Shown here: positions 9,779-21,182 of the stretch, piece by piece
Layout of the letters: each line of letters begins with the position of its first letter
Numbering within the stretch: the stretch's first letter is position 1
Assembly: GCF_003026455.1 (NCBI RefSeq)
Contig: NZ_PYMB01000002.1
Coordinates: forward strand, 64,856 to 96,855
Source of the DNA: Photobacterium rosenbergii
GTDB taxonomy: Bacteria; Pseudomonadota; Gammaproteobacteria; Enterobacterales; Vibrionaceae
Direction of reading: 5' to 3'
Length of the DNA: 32,000 nucleotides
Made by a program: the position numbers and the translations under genes
Notes under the pieces: generated by a model
What the model was told of the DNA's origin: nothing
Seen by the model: only the letters and a program-made list of their open reading frames with translations
The model's database searches: none

Positions 9779-10600
9779 GTGATCGAAGATCGAAATTTTG
9801 ACGACTTAGCGCAAAAATTTGCAAAAAATATTTACGGAACTGGCAAAGGCCAAATCCGTCAAACGGTTGTTTGGGAAGATCTTGAGCAAATTTTAGCCCT
9901 ATTGAAGAGCGATAAACCACTGCACCTGTTGGATGCGGGTGGGGGTGTTGGCCAACTGTCACAAAAGGTGGCAGAGCTAGGGCATCACGTTACTTTATGT
10001 GATCTTTCTAGCGAAATGCTTAAGCTTGCTGAGCAAGATATTGCTAAAAACGGCCTGCTTGAGCAGTATCGATTGGTTCATAGCCCGGTTCAGGAGATCG
10101 GGGAGCATCTCGATAGCCAGGTTGATCTGGTCCTGTTCCATGCCGTAATGGAGTGGTTGGCCGATCCGCAGGCAGCGCTAGAGTACCTTCTAGAGCAAGT
10201 TAGACCAGGCGGTATTATTTCCGTTATGTTCTACAACTATAATGGCCTGCTGTTTAAGAACTTAATTTGTGGCAACCTGACCCATATTGAAGAAGGGATG
10301 CCGCATAGGAAGCGTTTCAAGCTTCAACCACTTCATGGGATCAAACCTGATGAGGTCTACAGTTGGCTTGAAAGCGCAGGTTTTAACATTTTAGGTAAAA
10401 CCGGAGTACGTACATTCCACGACTATATGCAAACAACCATGGTCGGGGATTACAGTTTTGAACAGGTACTGGCGATGGAGCAAAAACTTTGCCGTCAGGA
10501 ACCTTATTTGTCTTTGGGCCGGTATATACATGTTTACGCGCAAAAGCCGTTATTAGGTTCAGAGACTGAGAAATACAAAAGCAATAAGGACAACGGATGA
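9779..10600 (+). CDS. cmoM: tRNA cmo5U34 methyltransferase CmoM (SmtA), SAM-dependent
   Basis: GTG start. N-terminal [26 protein letters not shown] matches E. coli SmtA (QDRNFDDIAEKFSRNIYGTTKGQLRQ). SAM motif [10 protein letters not shown]; C-terminal CRQEPY..LGRYIHV. The stop overlaps the mukF ATG (ATGA). Confidence 0.88.
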   Translation: MIEDRNFDDLAQKFAKNIYGTGKGQIRQTVVWEDLEQILALLKSDKPLHLLDAGGGVGQLSQKVAELGHHVTLCDLSSEMLKLAEQDIAKNGLLEQYRLVHSPVQEIGEHLDSQVDLVLFHAVMEWLADPQAALEYLLEQVRPGGIISVMFYNYNGLLFKNLICGNLTHIEEGMPHRKRFKLQPLHGIKPDEVYSWLESAGFNILGKTGVRTFHDYMQTTMVGDYSFEQVLAMEQKLCRQEPYLSLGRYIHVYAQKPLLGSETEKYKSNKDNG

Positions 10601-11919
10601 GTGAAGTAACCCAGACCGTTCCCGAGTTGGTCAACTGGGTTAAGCAGCATGAGTTTGAGCTTAACCTACCAACCGAACGACTGGCGTTTCTGTTGGCGAT
10701 TGCCGTGTTGAGCGGCGATCGTTTTGATGAAGAATTAGGGGAAGGTGAATTGATCGATGCATTTCGCATTGTCAGCGATATGTTCGAACAGACACCGGAA
10801 ACCGTGGCCTTCCGTGCCAACAACGCCATTAATGAGTTGGTTCGCCAACGCCTGATTTCCCGCTTTACCAGTGAGGTCACCGACGGTGCCAGTATTTACC
10901 GTTTGAGTCCATTGGCCCTCGGGATCACCGATTATTATGCCCGCCACCGCGAGTATTCAACGCTGAAACTTTCTATTCAGCTTGCTATGGTAGCCGATGA
11001 AATTAACAAGGCAGCCACGGCAGCGCAGGAAGGCGGCGACGAGAAACACTGGCGCCAAAACGTTCATGCGGTACTGAAATATTCAGTGGCCGAGATCTTT
11101 GACCGTATCGATCTCAACCAACGCACCATGGACGAGCAGCAGCAACAGGTGAAGCAAGATATTGCCGAGCTGCTGAACCAGGACTGGCGCGCAGCAATCA
11201 GTAGCTGTGAAACCCTGCTGAACGAAACCTCAAGCACCTTGCGAGAGCTGCAGGATACCTTGCAGGCGGCGGGTGACCAGTTGCAGACCCAGTTGTTGAT
11301 TATCCAGGAAGAGATTCAGGGCAACCCGGATCTGGAGTTTGTTGATGCCATGGTATTTAACTTGCAAGCCAAGTTGGACCGCATCATCAACTGGGGGCAA
11401 CAAGCGATTGACTTGTGGATTGGCTACGATCGCCACGTCCATAAATTTATTCGTACTGCTATCGACATGGACAAGAACCGCGCCTTCAGCCAGCGCTTGC
11501 GCCAGTCGGTAAAAGACTACTTCGACGCACCGTGGATGCTGACTTATGCCGATGCCGAGCGGTTGCTCGATATGCGTGATGAGGCGTTGGTCCTGCGTGA
11601 TGATGAAGTGACCGGTATCGTGCCGGAAGAAATGGAATTTGAAGAGCTGGATCTGGTCAATGACCAACTGGCAGAACAAATTGCCGCGATGTTGCAAGCC
11701 CATAAAGAAACCGGCGCTGCAATTAACTTGAGTTTGCTTCTTAAAGATTATTTGGCTCAGCACCCACATGCGCAGCATTTCGATATGGCGCGTCTGGTGA
11801 TTGATCAGGCTGTTCGACTGGGTTATTCCGAGTCGGACTTCAATGCCATCCAGCCTGATTGGGAAGCTATTAATGACTACGGAGCCAAGGTACAAGCAAA
11901 TGTCATTGACAAATATTGA
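10597..11919 (+). CDS. mukF: Chromosome partition protein MukF (kleisin)
   Basis: 440 aa, acidic, in the conserved position. N-terminal winged-helix region [26 protein letters not shown] is typical of MukF. Confidence 0.93.
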   Translation: MSEVTQTVPELVNWVKQHEFELNLPTERLAFLLAIAVLSGDRFDEELGEGELIDAFRIVSDMFEQTPETVAFRANNAINELVRQRLISRFTSEVTDGASIYRLSPLALGITDYYARHREYSTLKLSIQLAMVADEINKAATAAQEGGDEKHWRQNVHAVLKYSVAEIFDRIDLNQRTMDEQQQQVKQDIAELLNQDWRAAISSCETLLNETSSTLRELQDTLQAAGDQLQTQLLIIQEEIQGNPDLEFVDAMVFNLQAKLDRIINWGQQAIDLWIGYDRHVHKFIRTAIDMDKNRAFSQRLRQSVKDYFDAPWMLTYADAERLLDMRDEALVLRDDEVTGIVPEEMEFEELDLVNDQLAEQIAAMLQAHKETGAAINLSLLLKDYLAQHPHAQHFDMARLVIDQAVRLGYSESDFNAIQPDWEAINDYGAKVQANVIDKY

Positions 11920-12628
11920 AGAATTTATGCCTGAAAAGCTGGCCAAGGCGATTGCCAACCCGCTTTTCCCGGCACTGGATAATGCCCTTCGCTCTGGTCG
12001 CCATATTTCCAGCGAAGATTTGGACAACCATGCCCTGCTGATTGAATTCGAGCAGGAGCTAGCGATGTTTTACAAGCGCTACAACGCCGAACTGGTTCGT
12101 GCACCGGAAGGTTTTTTCTACCTGCGCCCACGCTCGACCTCTTTGATCAGCCGTTCGGTATTGACCGAGCTCGATATGCTGGTGGGTAAGGTATTGTGTT
12201 TCCTTTACCTTAGCCCTGAGCGATTGGCGCACGAAGGTATTTTTACTAACCAAGAGCTTTTCGAAGAGCTGATGTCATTGGCTGACGAGAAGAAGCTGAT
12301 GAAGATGGTAACCAACCGTGCGACAGGCTCTGATCTTGACCGAGAAAAGCTGTTCGATAAGACCAAGACTTCGCTGCGTCGTCTGCGCCGCCTTGGCATG
12401 ATCATCCCAATTGGTGAAAACGGTAAGTTCCGTATCAGTGAAGCGGTATTCCGTTTCGGTGCTGATGTGCGTGTCGGTGACGATGTGCGTGAAGCGCAAA
12501 TGCGCCTGATCCGCGACGGTGAAGCGGTTGTGGTGCATCAGCAGGAGCCAAGCCAGTCAAGCTTGCTGCAAACGGATGACACACAAGAACAAGAGTTAGA
12601 CAAAGCCGGTTTGGAGGGTGAAGCCTAA
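11900..12628 (+). CDS. mukE: Chromosome partition protein MukE
   Basis: From the ATG at 11900 the protein begins [36 protein letters not shown], collinear with E. coli MukE ([36 protein letters not shown]). The ORF-track start at 11801 lies inside mukF and adds 33 unrelated residues. Overlaps mukF by 20 nt. Confidence 0.92.
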   Translation: MSLTNIEEFMPEKLAKAIANPLFPALDNALRSGRHISSEDLDNHALLIEFEQELAMFYKRYNAELVRAPEGFFYLRPRSTSLISRSVLTELDMLVGKVLCFLYLSPERLAHEGIFTNQELFEELMSLADEKKLMKMVTNRATGSDLDREKLFDKTKTSLRRLRRLGMIIPIGENGKFRISEAVFRFGADVRVGDDVREAQMRLIRDGEAVVVHQQEPSQSSLLQTDDTQEQELDKAGLEGEA

Positions 12629-15600
12629 TGGAACGCGGTAAGTATCAATCGTTGACCATGGTCAACTGGAATGGCTTCTTTGCCCGTACATTTGATATCG
12701 ATAACCTGGTAACTACGCTATCGGGTGGTAATGGTGCCGGTAAGTCGACCACCATGGCGGCATTTATCACATCCCTTATTCCGGATCAGAGCCTGCTCCA
12801 TTTCCGTAATACCACCGAAGCGGGTAGCTCCAATGCATCCCGTGACAAGGGCCTGCACGGTAAGCTCAAGCCGGGTACCTGTTACTCGGCATTGGATGTG
12901 GTGAACTCAAAGAACCAGCGCATCATTTTTGCAGTAAAACTGCAGCAGGTTGCCGGACGTGACAAGAAAGTAGACATCAAGCCGTTCATTATCCAAGGCT
13001 TGCCGTCGCACGTTAAACCGACCGAAGTACTGGTAGAGACCCTGTCTGATAACCAGGCACGCGTTCGCCAAATCAACGAAGTTAAAGAGTTGGTAAGCAG
13101 TGAATACGAAGGCGTGGTGTTCAAAGCTTTCAACTCAGTGACGGACTACCATGTCCAGATGTTCGAGTTCGGCGTGCTGCCGAAGAAATTGCGTAACAGT
13201 ACTGACCGCTCTAAATTCTACCGTTTGATCGAAGCCTCGTTATACGGTGGTATCTCCAGTGCGATTACCCGTTCATTGCGCGACTACTTGTTGCCACATA
13301 ACAGCGGCGTGAAAAAAGCATTTCAGGATATGGAAGCGGCGCTGCGCGAAAACCGTATGACGCTAGAAGCGATCAAGTTGACTCAGAGTGACCGTGACCT
13401 GTTTAAGCACCTGATCACTGAAGCGACCAACTACGTGGCGGCTGACTACATGCGCCATGCCAACGAACGTCGCCAGAAGCTGGAAAAAACGCTGGGTTTA
13501 CGCGGCGAACTAATGGGTTCGCGCAAGAGCTTGGATGATCAGCAGGCTTCTCTGACCAACATGACCGCTGAGTTGGATGAACTGACTGAGCGTGAAGGTG
13601 CGCTGGAGCAGGATCACCAAGCGGCTTCTGATCATCTTCAGCTAGTACAAACTGCAGTACGTCAGCAGGAGAAGATTGAACGTTACCGTGAAGATCTGGA
13701 AGAGCTGACAGAACGCCTTGAAGAGCAGGTGATGGTGGTTGAAGAAGCCGCCGAGCAACTTGCCATGGCTGAAGAGCAGGCACTACTGACGGAAGAAGAA
13801 GTCGATAGCCTGAAAACTCAACTGGCAGATTACCAGCAAGCGCTGGATATGCAGCAGACCCGTGCCCTGCAATACCAGCAAGCGGTACAGGCACTGGAAA
13901 AAGCGCGTGATATTACCGGTGAGCACCAGATGCTGGCCGATCAGGCTGTGCCTTACCTTGCCCAGTTGAAACAAGATCAGGAAACCCAAACAACGGCCCT
14001 GCTAGCCCTTAAGCACAAACTGGATATGTCGTCGGCAGCGGCGCAGCAGTTTGAAAAAGGCCTGCAGATTGTCACCACAATTGCGGGCTCAATCGAGCGT
14101 GCAGAAGCCGGTAGCAAAGCCCGTGAACTGATTGCCAAAGCCCGTCAGCTAGGTGCAATTACTGAGCGTAGCGATCAGCTCAAAGCCCAGTACCGCGACC
14201 TTGAGCGTGCAGTGCGTAATCAGCGTCAAGCAATTGAGTTGGCTGAAACCTATGCTAAGCGTTTTGCGGTTGAGCTTGACGGTGAACTGGCACTGGCTGA
14301 AGAGCAGGCTCGCCATGAAGCGACCTTGGAAGAGCTGGAGCAACAGCAGGAAGTCTTGGTGGAGCAGCGCAATGACATGCGCCGCCAGGAGCAGCAGCTC
14401 ACTAGCCAGATCTCAACGCTAGAAGCGGCCGCACCGGCTTGGATTGCCGCTTCTGATGCATTGGAAAAGTTGTCTGAGCAATCAGAGCGTGAGCTTTACG
14501 ATAGCCAGGCGGTGATGGAAGCGATGCAGCTGACACTGGACAAAGAGCGTGAAGCGTCTGCGACCCGTGACAAGCTGGCTGCCCGCAAGCAACAGATTGA
14601 TTTGGATATCGAGCGTCTGGCCCAGCCGGGCGGTAGTGATGATTCACGCCTGCGTGCTCTTGCCGATACCTTGGGCGGTAGCCTGCTGTCTGAAATCTAC
14701 GATGATATTACCCTGGCTGATGCCCCTTACTTCAGTGCCATGTATGGCCCGGCCCGTCACGCTATCGTGGTGCCGGATCTAAAAGGCATCAAAGAAAAGC
14801 TTGTTGCGCTGGATGACTGCCCGGATGACCTATACATCATCGAAGGTGATGCTGACTCATTCGACGACAGCGGTTTCGATGTCGATGAGCTAGAAGATGC
14901 GGTATGCGTCCACCTTAACGACCGCCAACTGCGTTACTCTCGCTTCCCGAAAGTGCCATTGTTTGGCCGTGCCGCCCGTGAGCAGCGCCTTGAGCACCTT
15001 CGTGAGGAGCGTGAACAGCTGGTTGAAGATCACGCTAAGGCGTCTTTCGACTCGCAGAAGCTTCAGCGCTTGTACCAGAGTTTCAACAGTTTTGTTGCTA
15101 CTCATATGGCTGTTGCCTTTAGCGACGATCCGGAAGCGGCGCTAAAAGTTGCCCGCGATAAGCGTAATCAGGTAAGCCGCCAACTTTCTGAGTCTCAGGC
15201 GCAGGAGCAGCAGCAACGCAGCCAGCTAACGGCGGCCCGTGAAGCGCTTAGCCTATTGGGTAAAATCAACCCGTTGGTTAACCTGCTTGAAGATGACACT
15301 CTGCAAGCACGCTTTGACGAAGTGCAGCAGCAACTGTCACAGCTGGATGAAGCCCGCCAGTACCTTAACCGCCACGGTAAAGCGATTACTGAACTTGAAT
15401 CGCTTGTTACGGCTCTCGATGCCGACCCGCAGCAGTTTGATGCCTTGCAGATCAGCTATGATGATGCCGACAAGCAGCTTCAGGCCCTGAAAGCGAAGAT
15501 CTTCGCCGTTGCCGATTTGGCTGAGCGTCGCCACCACTTTGGCTACGCCGACTCTGTCGACATGCTCAACAAGAGTTCTGAGCTGAATGAGCAGTTAAAA

Positions 15601-17091
15601 GCCAAGCTAGCCTCGGCTGAGCGTGAGCGTAACCGCTGCCGTGATGCGCTGAAGCAGACGCGTTCACAAGCTAACCAGTACAACCAACTATTGGCGTCAC
15701 TGAAGAGTTCGCACCAGGCGAAACTGGAAACGGTTCAGGAGTTCGAGCGTGAACTTCAGGAACTGGGGGTGCGCGCCGATGTAGAAGCCGAAGAACGTGC
15801 CCGCCTGCGTCGCGATGAGTTGAATGAGCGTTTGCACACTTCGCGTACCCGTCGTAGCCAGCTAGAGAAAGGTATCACCTCTGTTGAGCTGGAAATGAAG
15901 GGCTTGGTGAAGCGCCTGCGTAAAGTGGGCAAAGAGTACCAAGAGATCCGTAAGCTTGTGGTTACTGCCAAAGCCGGTTGGTGTGCGGTACTGCGTCTGG
16001 CGCGCGAGAGTGACGTTGAGCGTCGCCTGCATCGCCGCGAAATGGCTTACATGTCAGCTGATGAACTGCGCTCGCTATCGGATAAATCCCTAGGTGCATT
16101 GCGCTTGGCGGTTGCGGATAACGAGAACCTACGTGATGCACTGCGTGCTTCGGAAGATGTTTCCCGTCCAGAGCGCAAAGTCCTGTTCTATATTGCGGTT
16201 TACCAGCACCTACGTGAGCGCATTCGCCATGACATCATCCGTACTGATGATCCGGTTGAAGCGATCGAAGAGATGGAAGTGGAATTGGCGCGTCTTAGTG
16301 AGGAGCTAACCGCTCGTGAACAGCGTTTGGCGCTCAGCTCTGACTCGGTAGCAAATATTATTCGCAAGACCATCCAGCGTGAACAGAACCGTATCCGCAT
16401 GCTCAACCAAGGCCTGCAGAATATCGGGTTTGGCCAGGTCAAAGGTGTGCGCCTGAATGTGAAAGTGCGCGAAACCCATGAGCAGTTGCTAGAAGGCTTG
16501 GCCGATCAGCAAGATCAGCACCAGGACTTGTTCGGTAACCACCGCTTGTCATTCTCTGAAGCGATTGCCAAGTTGTTCCAGCGCCTGAACCCGCACATCG
16601 ATGTTGGTCAGCGCTCACCGCAGGTAATGGGTGAAGAGTTGCTGGACTACCGTAACTACCTAGAGCTGAGCATCGAAGTTAACCGTGGTACAGACGGTTG
16701 GCTACAGGCTGAGTCGGGTGCGTTGTCTACCGGTGAAGCGATTGGTACTGGCCAGGCAATCCTGCTGATGGTTGTACAAAGCTGGGAAGAAGAATCCCGT
16801 CGCCTGCGTGGCAAAGATATTATCCCATGTCGTCTATTGTTCCTCGATGAGGCCGCGCGATTGGATGGCAAGTCGATTGCAACGCTGTTTGAGCTTTGTG
16901 ACCGCTTGGATATGCAGCTTCTTATCGCAGCGCCGGAAAATATCAGCCCTGAGAAAGGAACCACATACAAACTAGTGCGTAAGATCTTCAAAGATCGCGA
17001 GCACGTGCATGTGGTCGGTCTACGCGGCTTCGGTCAAGAGGCAAAAGCGCCTGCCGACATCCAGACCATGCTGGAGTTGGATCCGGTATAA
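12628..17091 (+). CDS. mukB: Chromosome partition protein MukB (SMC-like condensin ATPase)
   Basis: 1487 aa. Walker [10 protein letters not shown], long E/Q/L-rich coiled coils, C-terminal head with LSTGE and [11 protein letters not shown]. The ATG shares 1 nt with the mukE TAA. Confidence 0.96.
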   Translation: MERGKYQSLTMVNWNGFFARTFDIDNLVTTLSGGNGAGKSTTMAAFITSLIPDQSLLHFRNTTEAGSSNASRDKGLHGKLKPGTCYSALDVVNSKNQRIIFAVKLQQVAGRDKKVDIKPFIIQGLPSHVKPTEVLVETLSDNQARVRQINEVKELVSSEYEGVVFKAFNSVTDYHVQMFEFGVLPKKLRNSTDRSKFYRLIEASLYGGISSAITRSLRDYLLPHNSGVKKAFQDMEAALRENRMTLEAIKLTQSDRDLFKHLITEATNYVAADYMRHANERRQKLEKTLGLRGELMGSRKSLDDQQASLTNMTAELDELTEREGALEQDHQAASDHLQLVQTAVRQQEKIERYREDLEELTERLEEQVMVVEEAAEQLAMAEEQALLTEEEVDSLKTQLADYQQALDMQQTRALQYQQAVQALEKARDITGEHQMLADQAVPYLAQLKQDQETQTTALLALKHKLDMSSAAAQQFEKGLQIVTTIAGSIERAEAGSKARELIAKARQLGAITERSDQLKAQYRDLERAVRNQRQAIELAETYAKRFAVELDGELALAEEQARHEATLEELEQQQEVLVEQRNDMRRQEQQLTSQISTLEAAAPAWIAASDALEKLSEQSERELYDSQAVMEAMQLTLDKEREASATRDKLAARKQQIDLDIERLAQPGGSDDSRLRALADTLGGSLLSEIYDDITLADAPYFSAMYGPARHAIVVPDLKGIKEKLVALDDCPDDLYIIEGDADSFDDSGFDVDELEDAVCVHLNDRQLRYSRFPKVPLFGRAAREQRLEHLREEREQLVEDHAKASFDSQKLQRLYQSFNSFVATHMAVAFSDDPEAALKVARDKRNQVSRQLSESQAQEQQQRSQLTAAREALSLLGKINPLVNLLEDDTLQARFDEVQQQLSQLDEARQYLNRHGKAITELESLVTALDADPQQFDALQISYDDADKQLQALKAKIFAVADLAERRHHFGYADSVDMLNKSSELNEQLKAKLASAERERNRCRDALKQTRSQANQYNQLLASLKSSHQAKLETVQEFERELQELGVRADVEAEERARLRRDELNERLHTSRTRRSQLEKGITSVELEMKGLVKRLRKVGKEYQEIRKLVVTAKAGWCAVLRLARESDVERRLHRREMAYMSADELRSLSDKSLGALRLAVADNENLRDALRASEDVSRPERKVLFYIAVYQHLRERIRHDIIRTDDPVEAIEEMEVELARLSEELTAREQRLALSSDSVANIIRKTIQREQNRIRMLNQGLQNIGFGQVKGVRLNVKVRETHEQLLEGLADQQDQHQDLFGNHRLSFSEAIAKLFQRLNPHIDVGQRSPQVMGEELLDYRNYLELSIEVNRGTDGWLQAESGALSTGEAIGTGQAILLMVVQSWEEESRRLRGKDIIPCRLLFLDEAARLDGKSIATLFELCDRLDMQLLIAAPENISPEKGTTYKLVRKIFKDREHVHVVGLRGFGQEAKAPADIQTMLELDPV

Positions 17092-17118
17092 CCGCACTTC
17101 AGCTGATTTCAATATAGT

Positions 17119-17145
17119 AAAGCCGGTCTAATGACCGGCTTTTTT
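17119..17145 (+). terminator. Intrinsic terminator after mukB
   Basis: AAAGCCGGTC-taat-GACCGGCTTT (10-bp stem) running into TTTTT. Confidence 0.85.
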
Positions 17146-17387
17146 CGTCTTGAAGATAAGAACTTTTTCTCATTACTTAATTACCCTAACGATAAATTTT
17201 TTGCCCTTCCATATCCGCCTAAAATTTTAACTGTCAGATTCGGCCACTTGTCAGCCAGAACAAAACAGGGCTTTGCTAGCTGCTCAGTTTTGATCCGGCA
17301 TGACACAAAAAATACATAGCCAAACACTAAGCGGCCAGCATGTTGGTTTGGTACAGGCCAGTTTTTATTTGTCGTAGGGGTGATGAC

Positions 17388-18386
17388 ATGAAAAAAATAA
17401 TATTACCAGTGCTCGCCACGCTCATTGTGGCCGGGTGTAGTGATTCCGATGGGGCTGCTTCAACTATAGCGAACAATGATGCAGCACCAAACCAGGATGA
17501 TTCAGTGCCAGTATCGGTGGATGTTTCTATGCCACCGAACGAGGTACCTAAGGGGGCAGATGACCTACAAGCATGTGTAGCCATTGATGCAGTACAAGTA
17601 ACAGATCTTGCTGGAACCATCATTGAGTGGACAACAAAATCAATGACTGATCCATATGGGGTCAATTCGACACAATGTATCCCAGCAGATTCGGATATCC
17701 CAGTTGATAACGATGGCTATCCAAAGTTTATTGTCATCGACTTGTATGATGTCACTGGGGTGGATTTGGTCAATTTGATCTCCGAGCAACTGTTGCCTGT
17801 TGGTGAGTATACCGGCATGGCACTCTCTATCCTGCAGGGGAGCTACGGCGACTTCTTGGATACCCCTTATTCCTATGTTGGTAATCCAGTTGACAAGATG
17901 AAGATGGATATTGTTGATGACCTGAAGTTTGATGGTCTGGATATCAATATTGACGTACCGACAACCTTCACTATGACGTTTGATCTCAAGAGTATGATCC
18001 AATTAGTTGAGCAGGCGTACCAGTTAAAAAGTGAAGGCTTCAAGGTGGTAGACAACATCACTGCTGGTACCTTGTTCGGTGATATTGACGTATCGGCATG
18101 TAGCACTTCAGCAAAAGATGCCTATGTGTATCTCTATGAAGCCGATACCCCTGAGTATGGTGATTTAGGCTCAGACTATCCGCCAGTCAAGACAGCTCAA
18201 GTCGCTGACGACAACACTTATGAGATGCAGTATGTGCCAGAAGGCGAATACGATGTGGTGTTGGTGTGTGATGCACTGTTGGATCTGCCAAATGAAATTG
18301 ACCTGGATATCGACCTAGATGGTGATACCTCTTACCACCAAGGCCAGTACATCAGTGCGGGTGAAAAGATCTACCGCAACCTGTAA
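17388..18386 (+). CDS. Acidic lipoprotein, probably DUF4382-like with a C-terminal beta-sandwich domain
   Basis: Start moved to the ATG at 17388, which follows AGGGG by a 7-nt spacer. Signal peptide MKKIILPVLATLIVAG|C has a lipobox (VAGC). The mature protein is D/E-rich. The segment PVGEYTGMALSIL...DGLDINIDVPTTFTMTFDLKSMI resembles the DUF4382 pattern as I recall it. The family call is tentative. Confidence 0.6.
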   Translation: MKKIILPVLATLIVAGCSDSDGAASTIANNDAAPNQDDSVPVSVDVSMPPNEVPKGADDLQACVAIDAVQVTDLAGTIIEWTTKSMTDPYGVNSTQCIPADSDIPVDNDGYPKFIVIDLYDVTGVDLVNLISEQLLPVGEYTGMALSILQGSYGDFLDTPYSYVGNPVDKMKMDIVDDLKFDGLDINIDVPTTFTMTFDLKSMIQLVEQAYQLKSEGFKVVDNITAGTLFGDIDVSACSTSAKDAYVYLYEADTPEYGDLGSDYPPVKTAQVADDNTYEMQYVPEGEYDVVLVCDALLDLPNEIDLDIDLDGDTSYHQGQYISAGEKIYRNL

Positions 18387-18420
18387 TGTGCTAACTGTTT
18401 AAAGTTAAAAGTAAAACCGG

Positions 18421-18450
18421 AAACAGCCAGATTGCTCTGGCTGTTTTTGT
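18421..18450 (+). terminator. Intrinsic terminator after the lipoprotein gene
   Basis: AAACAGCCAG-attgct-CTGGCTGTTT followed by TTGTTTG. Confidence 0.75.
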
Positions 18451-18730
18451 TTGTACAGGGCGATTTACCTGTCTCGATATATTCTTCTGCTATCAAGCTT
18501 TTATTCAGCAAATATCCGTATCTTGTAGTATATGTAAATCGGATCTATCTCTCATTTTTGATTTTTAGCTATATTTTTTTGTGAGCGTTAAGTTGCTGAC
18601 AGGAATAATATTACGCCGAAATGTCATCCTTTCTAGTCTCTGCCGTCTACTATTTAGTGGTTGTTTTTTGACCTTTACTTCTTTAAATTTCATACCCAGA
18701 AACCGCAATCGCTTTGAAAGAGACTGAGAT

Positions 18731-19516
18731 ATGCCAGCTACTATGACCCTGAAAAACGTTGTATTCGGTGCCATCTTCGGCCTGGTCGCTTTAGGCGCAA
18801 CAACAGCCAATGCTTCTGTAACCACTTCTCCTGAGCACCACCTGCTGTCTACCTTGAATTATGTAGAGCTTGAAGCTGAGCAGGGTGATAAAAATATGCA
18901 GCTGTTTTTGGGGCGTGCTTACCTTGAAGGTAGCAATGGCCTGAAAGCCGACCCGCTAAAAGGCATGTACTGGTTAGAAAAAGCGGCTGTCGATATGCCG
19001 GAAGTAAAAACCTTGATTGGCGACCTGTTCAAGAAGGGTGAGGTATTGCCACGCGATCACCAGCAAGCTGTTCATTGGTATACCGAAGCGGCTAACGAAG
19101 GCGATGTACCTGCAATGGTTGAGCTTGGTATGTACTATGCGTCAGGCGCGACGGGATCTGTCGACTGCGGCAATGCTATCAAGTGGTTCAACGAAGCGGC
19201 CAACGGCGGCTCATTGGAATCAAAGCGTAACTTGGTATGGTTGTATGCGACATGTTCTGACGAGCGTATGCGTGATGGCGAGCGTGCCCTGAAATTGGCT
19301 AAGCAAGTGCTAAACCGTAATGGCACAGGTGATGCGGGTGACTACGACAACCTTGCTGCTGCCTATGCTGCATGTGGAGAATTTCGCCGTGCAATCGAAG
19401 CACAGCAAACGGCTATCGGTAAGCTAGAAGAGCCAAACGGCCAGCGTTATGCTAACTTTGAGCAGCGTCTGAAGCTATACCAGCAGAATCAGACTATTTA
19501 CAGCGCAGCATTGTAA
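18731..19516 (+). CDS. Secreted Sel1-like repeat (SLR/TPR) protein
   Basis: Sec-type signal (VVFGAIFGLVALGATTANA|SV). At least three Sel1-like units follow (GRAYLEGSNGLKADPLKGMYWLEKAA; GEVLPRDHQQAVHWYTEAANEGDVPAMVELGMYYASG; AIKWFNEAANGG). The C-terminal tail is TPR-like. Confidence 0.7.
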   Translation: MPATMTLKNVVFGAIFGLVALGATTANASVTTSPEHHLLSTLNYVELEAEQGDKNMQLFLGRAYLEGSNGLKADPLKGMYWLEKAAVDMPEVKTLIGDLFKKGEVLPRDHQQAVHWYTEAANEGDVPAMVELGMYYASGATGSVDCGNAIKWFNEAANGGSLESKRNLVWLYATCSDERMRDGERALKLAKQVLNRNGTGDAGDYDNLAAAYAACGEFRRAIEAQQTAIGKLEEPNGQRYANFEQRLKLYQQNQTIYSAAL

Positions 19517-19542
19517 TTAGCTGATTAACATAGAACAAAAAT

Positions 19543-19573
19543 AAAAAAAGGTGCCTTGTGGCACCTTTTTTTT
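19543..19573. terminator. Bidirectional-type intrinsic terminator after the Sel1 gene
   Basis: AAAAAAAGGTGCC-ttgt-GGCACCTTTTTTTT. Confidence 0.85.
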
Positions 19574-19741
19574 GTGCTCTTTGAGACGCTGCTCACCAAT
19601 CCCTTCTACCGGCTGACATTTCCTTAGCAATTCTGAGTCCAGATTCGATCCTTAACTATACTTACAGAAATTAGCTCTTAAGGATTAGGCAACTGCCTTG
19701 CTTGAGAGACAAAAAACAAGATAGGTAAAAGGAAAGAAGCA

Positions 19742-19915
19742 ATGAGCAACCCTGAACCCGTCAGCGACAAAGAGAAAGCCAAGTACGAATGGCGCTCTTT
19801 TCTGTTTATTACCATTTTTCTATTTCCCATATTGGCCGTCGCTATTGTAGGTGGTTACGGTTTTATCGTGTGGGCAATGCAAGTGTTTTTCCTTGGGCCT
19901 CCTGGCCATGGGTGA
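19742..19915 (+). CDS. torE: TMAO reductase system small membrane protein TorE (NapE family), 57 aa, absent from the ORF track
   Basis: My own translation is MSNPEPVSDKEKAKYEWRSFLFITIFLFPILAVAIVGGYGFIVWAMQVFFLGPPGHG. It has a single TM segment and the NapE/TorE-type ending GGYGF.VW......GPPGHG. An AGGAAAG RBS is present, and the gene lies immediately upstream of torC. Confidence 0.85.
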   Translation: MSNPEPVSDKEKAKYEWRSFLFITIFLFPILAVAIVGGYGFIVWAMQVFFLGPPGHG

Positions 19916-19974
19916 TTTTGATTGCCGAGATATGAGCGCCAGAGTAAAGCTGCAAAGGATATAGGTAGAACACT

Positions 19975-21159
19975 ATGATGAATGCTTTGAAAAAACTGTG
20001 GGCGACATTTTGGCGTCCAGCAGTACATATCAGTTTGGGCGTACTGACGCTTGGCGGGTTCATTGCCGGGGTCATTTTTTGGGGGGGCTTCAATACTGCC
20101 CTTGAGATGACCAATACTGAGAAGTTCTGTATTGGTTGCCACGAGATGCGTGACAACGTTTACGAAGAGCTTCAAGGGACCGTGCATTGGTCGAATCATT
20201 CCGGTGTCAGGGCAACCTGCCCAGATTGCCATGTGCCCCACAATTGGACCGATAAGATCGCCCGGAAAATGCAAGCTAGTAAAGAGGTATACGGTGCAAT
20301 TTTCGGAACGATCAACACCCGGGAAAAATTTTTGGAAAAACGTCTAGAGCTTGCTAACCACGAGTGGGAGCGTTTTGCTGCCAATGGTTCGTTGGAGTGT
20401 AAAAACTGCCACAACTACGACAGCATGAAATGGGATGAAATGTCAGATCTCGCCCGCACCCAAATGCAGCAAGCCGCAGAACGTGATCAGAGCTGTATGG
20501 ATTGCCACAAAGGGATAGCCCATGAACTGCCTGGCAACATGGAACTCTCCGGCGGTATGGTACAGCAGCTCGTTCAGAAGGCGGGTAATACCTCTTTCAA
20601 AGAAGGCGAGAACTATTTTAGTGTCCGTTATCTCCCTATGTTTGAGGATGAAGCCCTGACTATTGATGGTGGCCAGCTCAATCCAGCATCAGAAGTTAAA
20701 GTGGTTCAAGTCAAAGACAATGCGGTGCAGGTTGAAATTGCTGGTTGGCGCAAAACCAAAGGTTTTGGCCGGGTGATCAACGAAGACTTCGGCCTCAATA
20801 TCCCTACCGCAGCGCTGAGTAAGGATGCGGCTTTGAGTGACACCTTGGTGGAGAAATTTGAAGAGAAAGAAGATGAATTAACAGGTTTGGGCTGGCAACG
20901 GGTGACAGTGAAACTGTGGATGCCGAAAGAGTCTTTACTTGATGATGTAGAGGAAATCTGGGCTGAGGCAAGACCTGCCTATAACAACAACTGTAGTACT
21001 TGTCATACACAGCCTGCAGAAAATCACTTCGATGCGAATACATGGCCGGGTATGTTCAACGGTATGTTGGCGTTCGTCAACCTTGACCGTGATAGTGAAG
21101 CCTTAGTGCTGAAATACCTACAAAAACATTCATCAGATTTCTCTGATGGCGGCCATTAA
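19975..21159 (+). CDS. torC: Pentahaem c-type cytochrome TorC (NapC/NirT family)
   Basis: N-terminal TM anchor. Four CXXCH motifs in the NirT-like domain (CIGCH, CPDCH, CKNCH, CMDCH) plus a fifth in the C-terminal domain (CSTCH). 394 aa. Confidence 0.92.
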   Translation: MMNALKKLWATFWRPAVHISLGVLTLGGFIAGVIFWGGFNTALEMTNTEKFCIGCHEMRDNVYEELQGTVHWSNHSGVRATCPDCHVPHNWTDKIARKMQASKEVYGAIFGTINTREKFLEKRLELANHEWERFAANGSLECKNCHNYDSMKWDEMSDLARTQMQQAAERDQSCMDCHKGIAHELPGNMELSGGMVQQLVQKAGNTSFKEGENYFSVRYLPMFEDEALTIDGGQLNPASEVKVVQVKDNAVQVEIAGWRKTKGFGRVINEDFGLNIPTAALSKDAALSDTLVEKFEEKEDELTGLGWQRVTVKLWMPKESLLDDVEEIWAEARPAYNNNCSTCHTQPAENHFDANTWPGMFNGMLAFVNLDRDSEALVLKYLQKHSSDFSDGGH

Positions 21160-21182
21160 AAGAAGCGAAGCGAGGTAAGAAC

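Noticed and set aside
11230-12027. 265-aa ORF antisense to mukF/mukE
   Set aside because: It sits opposite strongly conserved mukF/mukE coding sequence and shows no recognisable motifs. This is the typical stop-poor antisense frame of a Q/E/L-rich gene.
13415-13894. 159-aa ORF, plus several 60-110-aa ORFs on both strands, within mukB
   Set aside because: The mukB coiled-coil codon usage (GAA/CAG/CTG/GCN) leaves alternative frames open by chance. The translations are P/A/L/S low-complexity sequence.
17131-17319. 62-aa ORF in the mukB-lipoprotein spacer
   Set aside because: Its ATG lies in the loop and descending arm of the mukB terminator hairpin, with no SD. The translation is low-complexity and AT-driven. 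More likely non-coding promoter DNA for the lipoprotein gene.
18565-18825. 86-aa minus-strand ORF across the Sel1 gene start
   Set aside because: It is antisense to the Sel1 signal-peptide region and AT-rich promoter DNA, basic and low-complexity, with no RBS.
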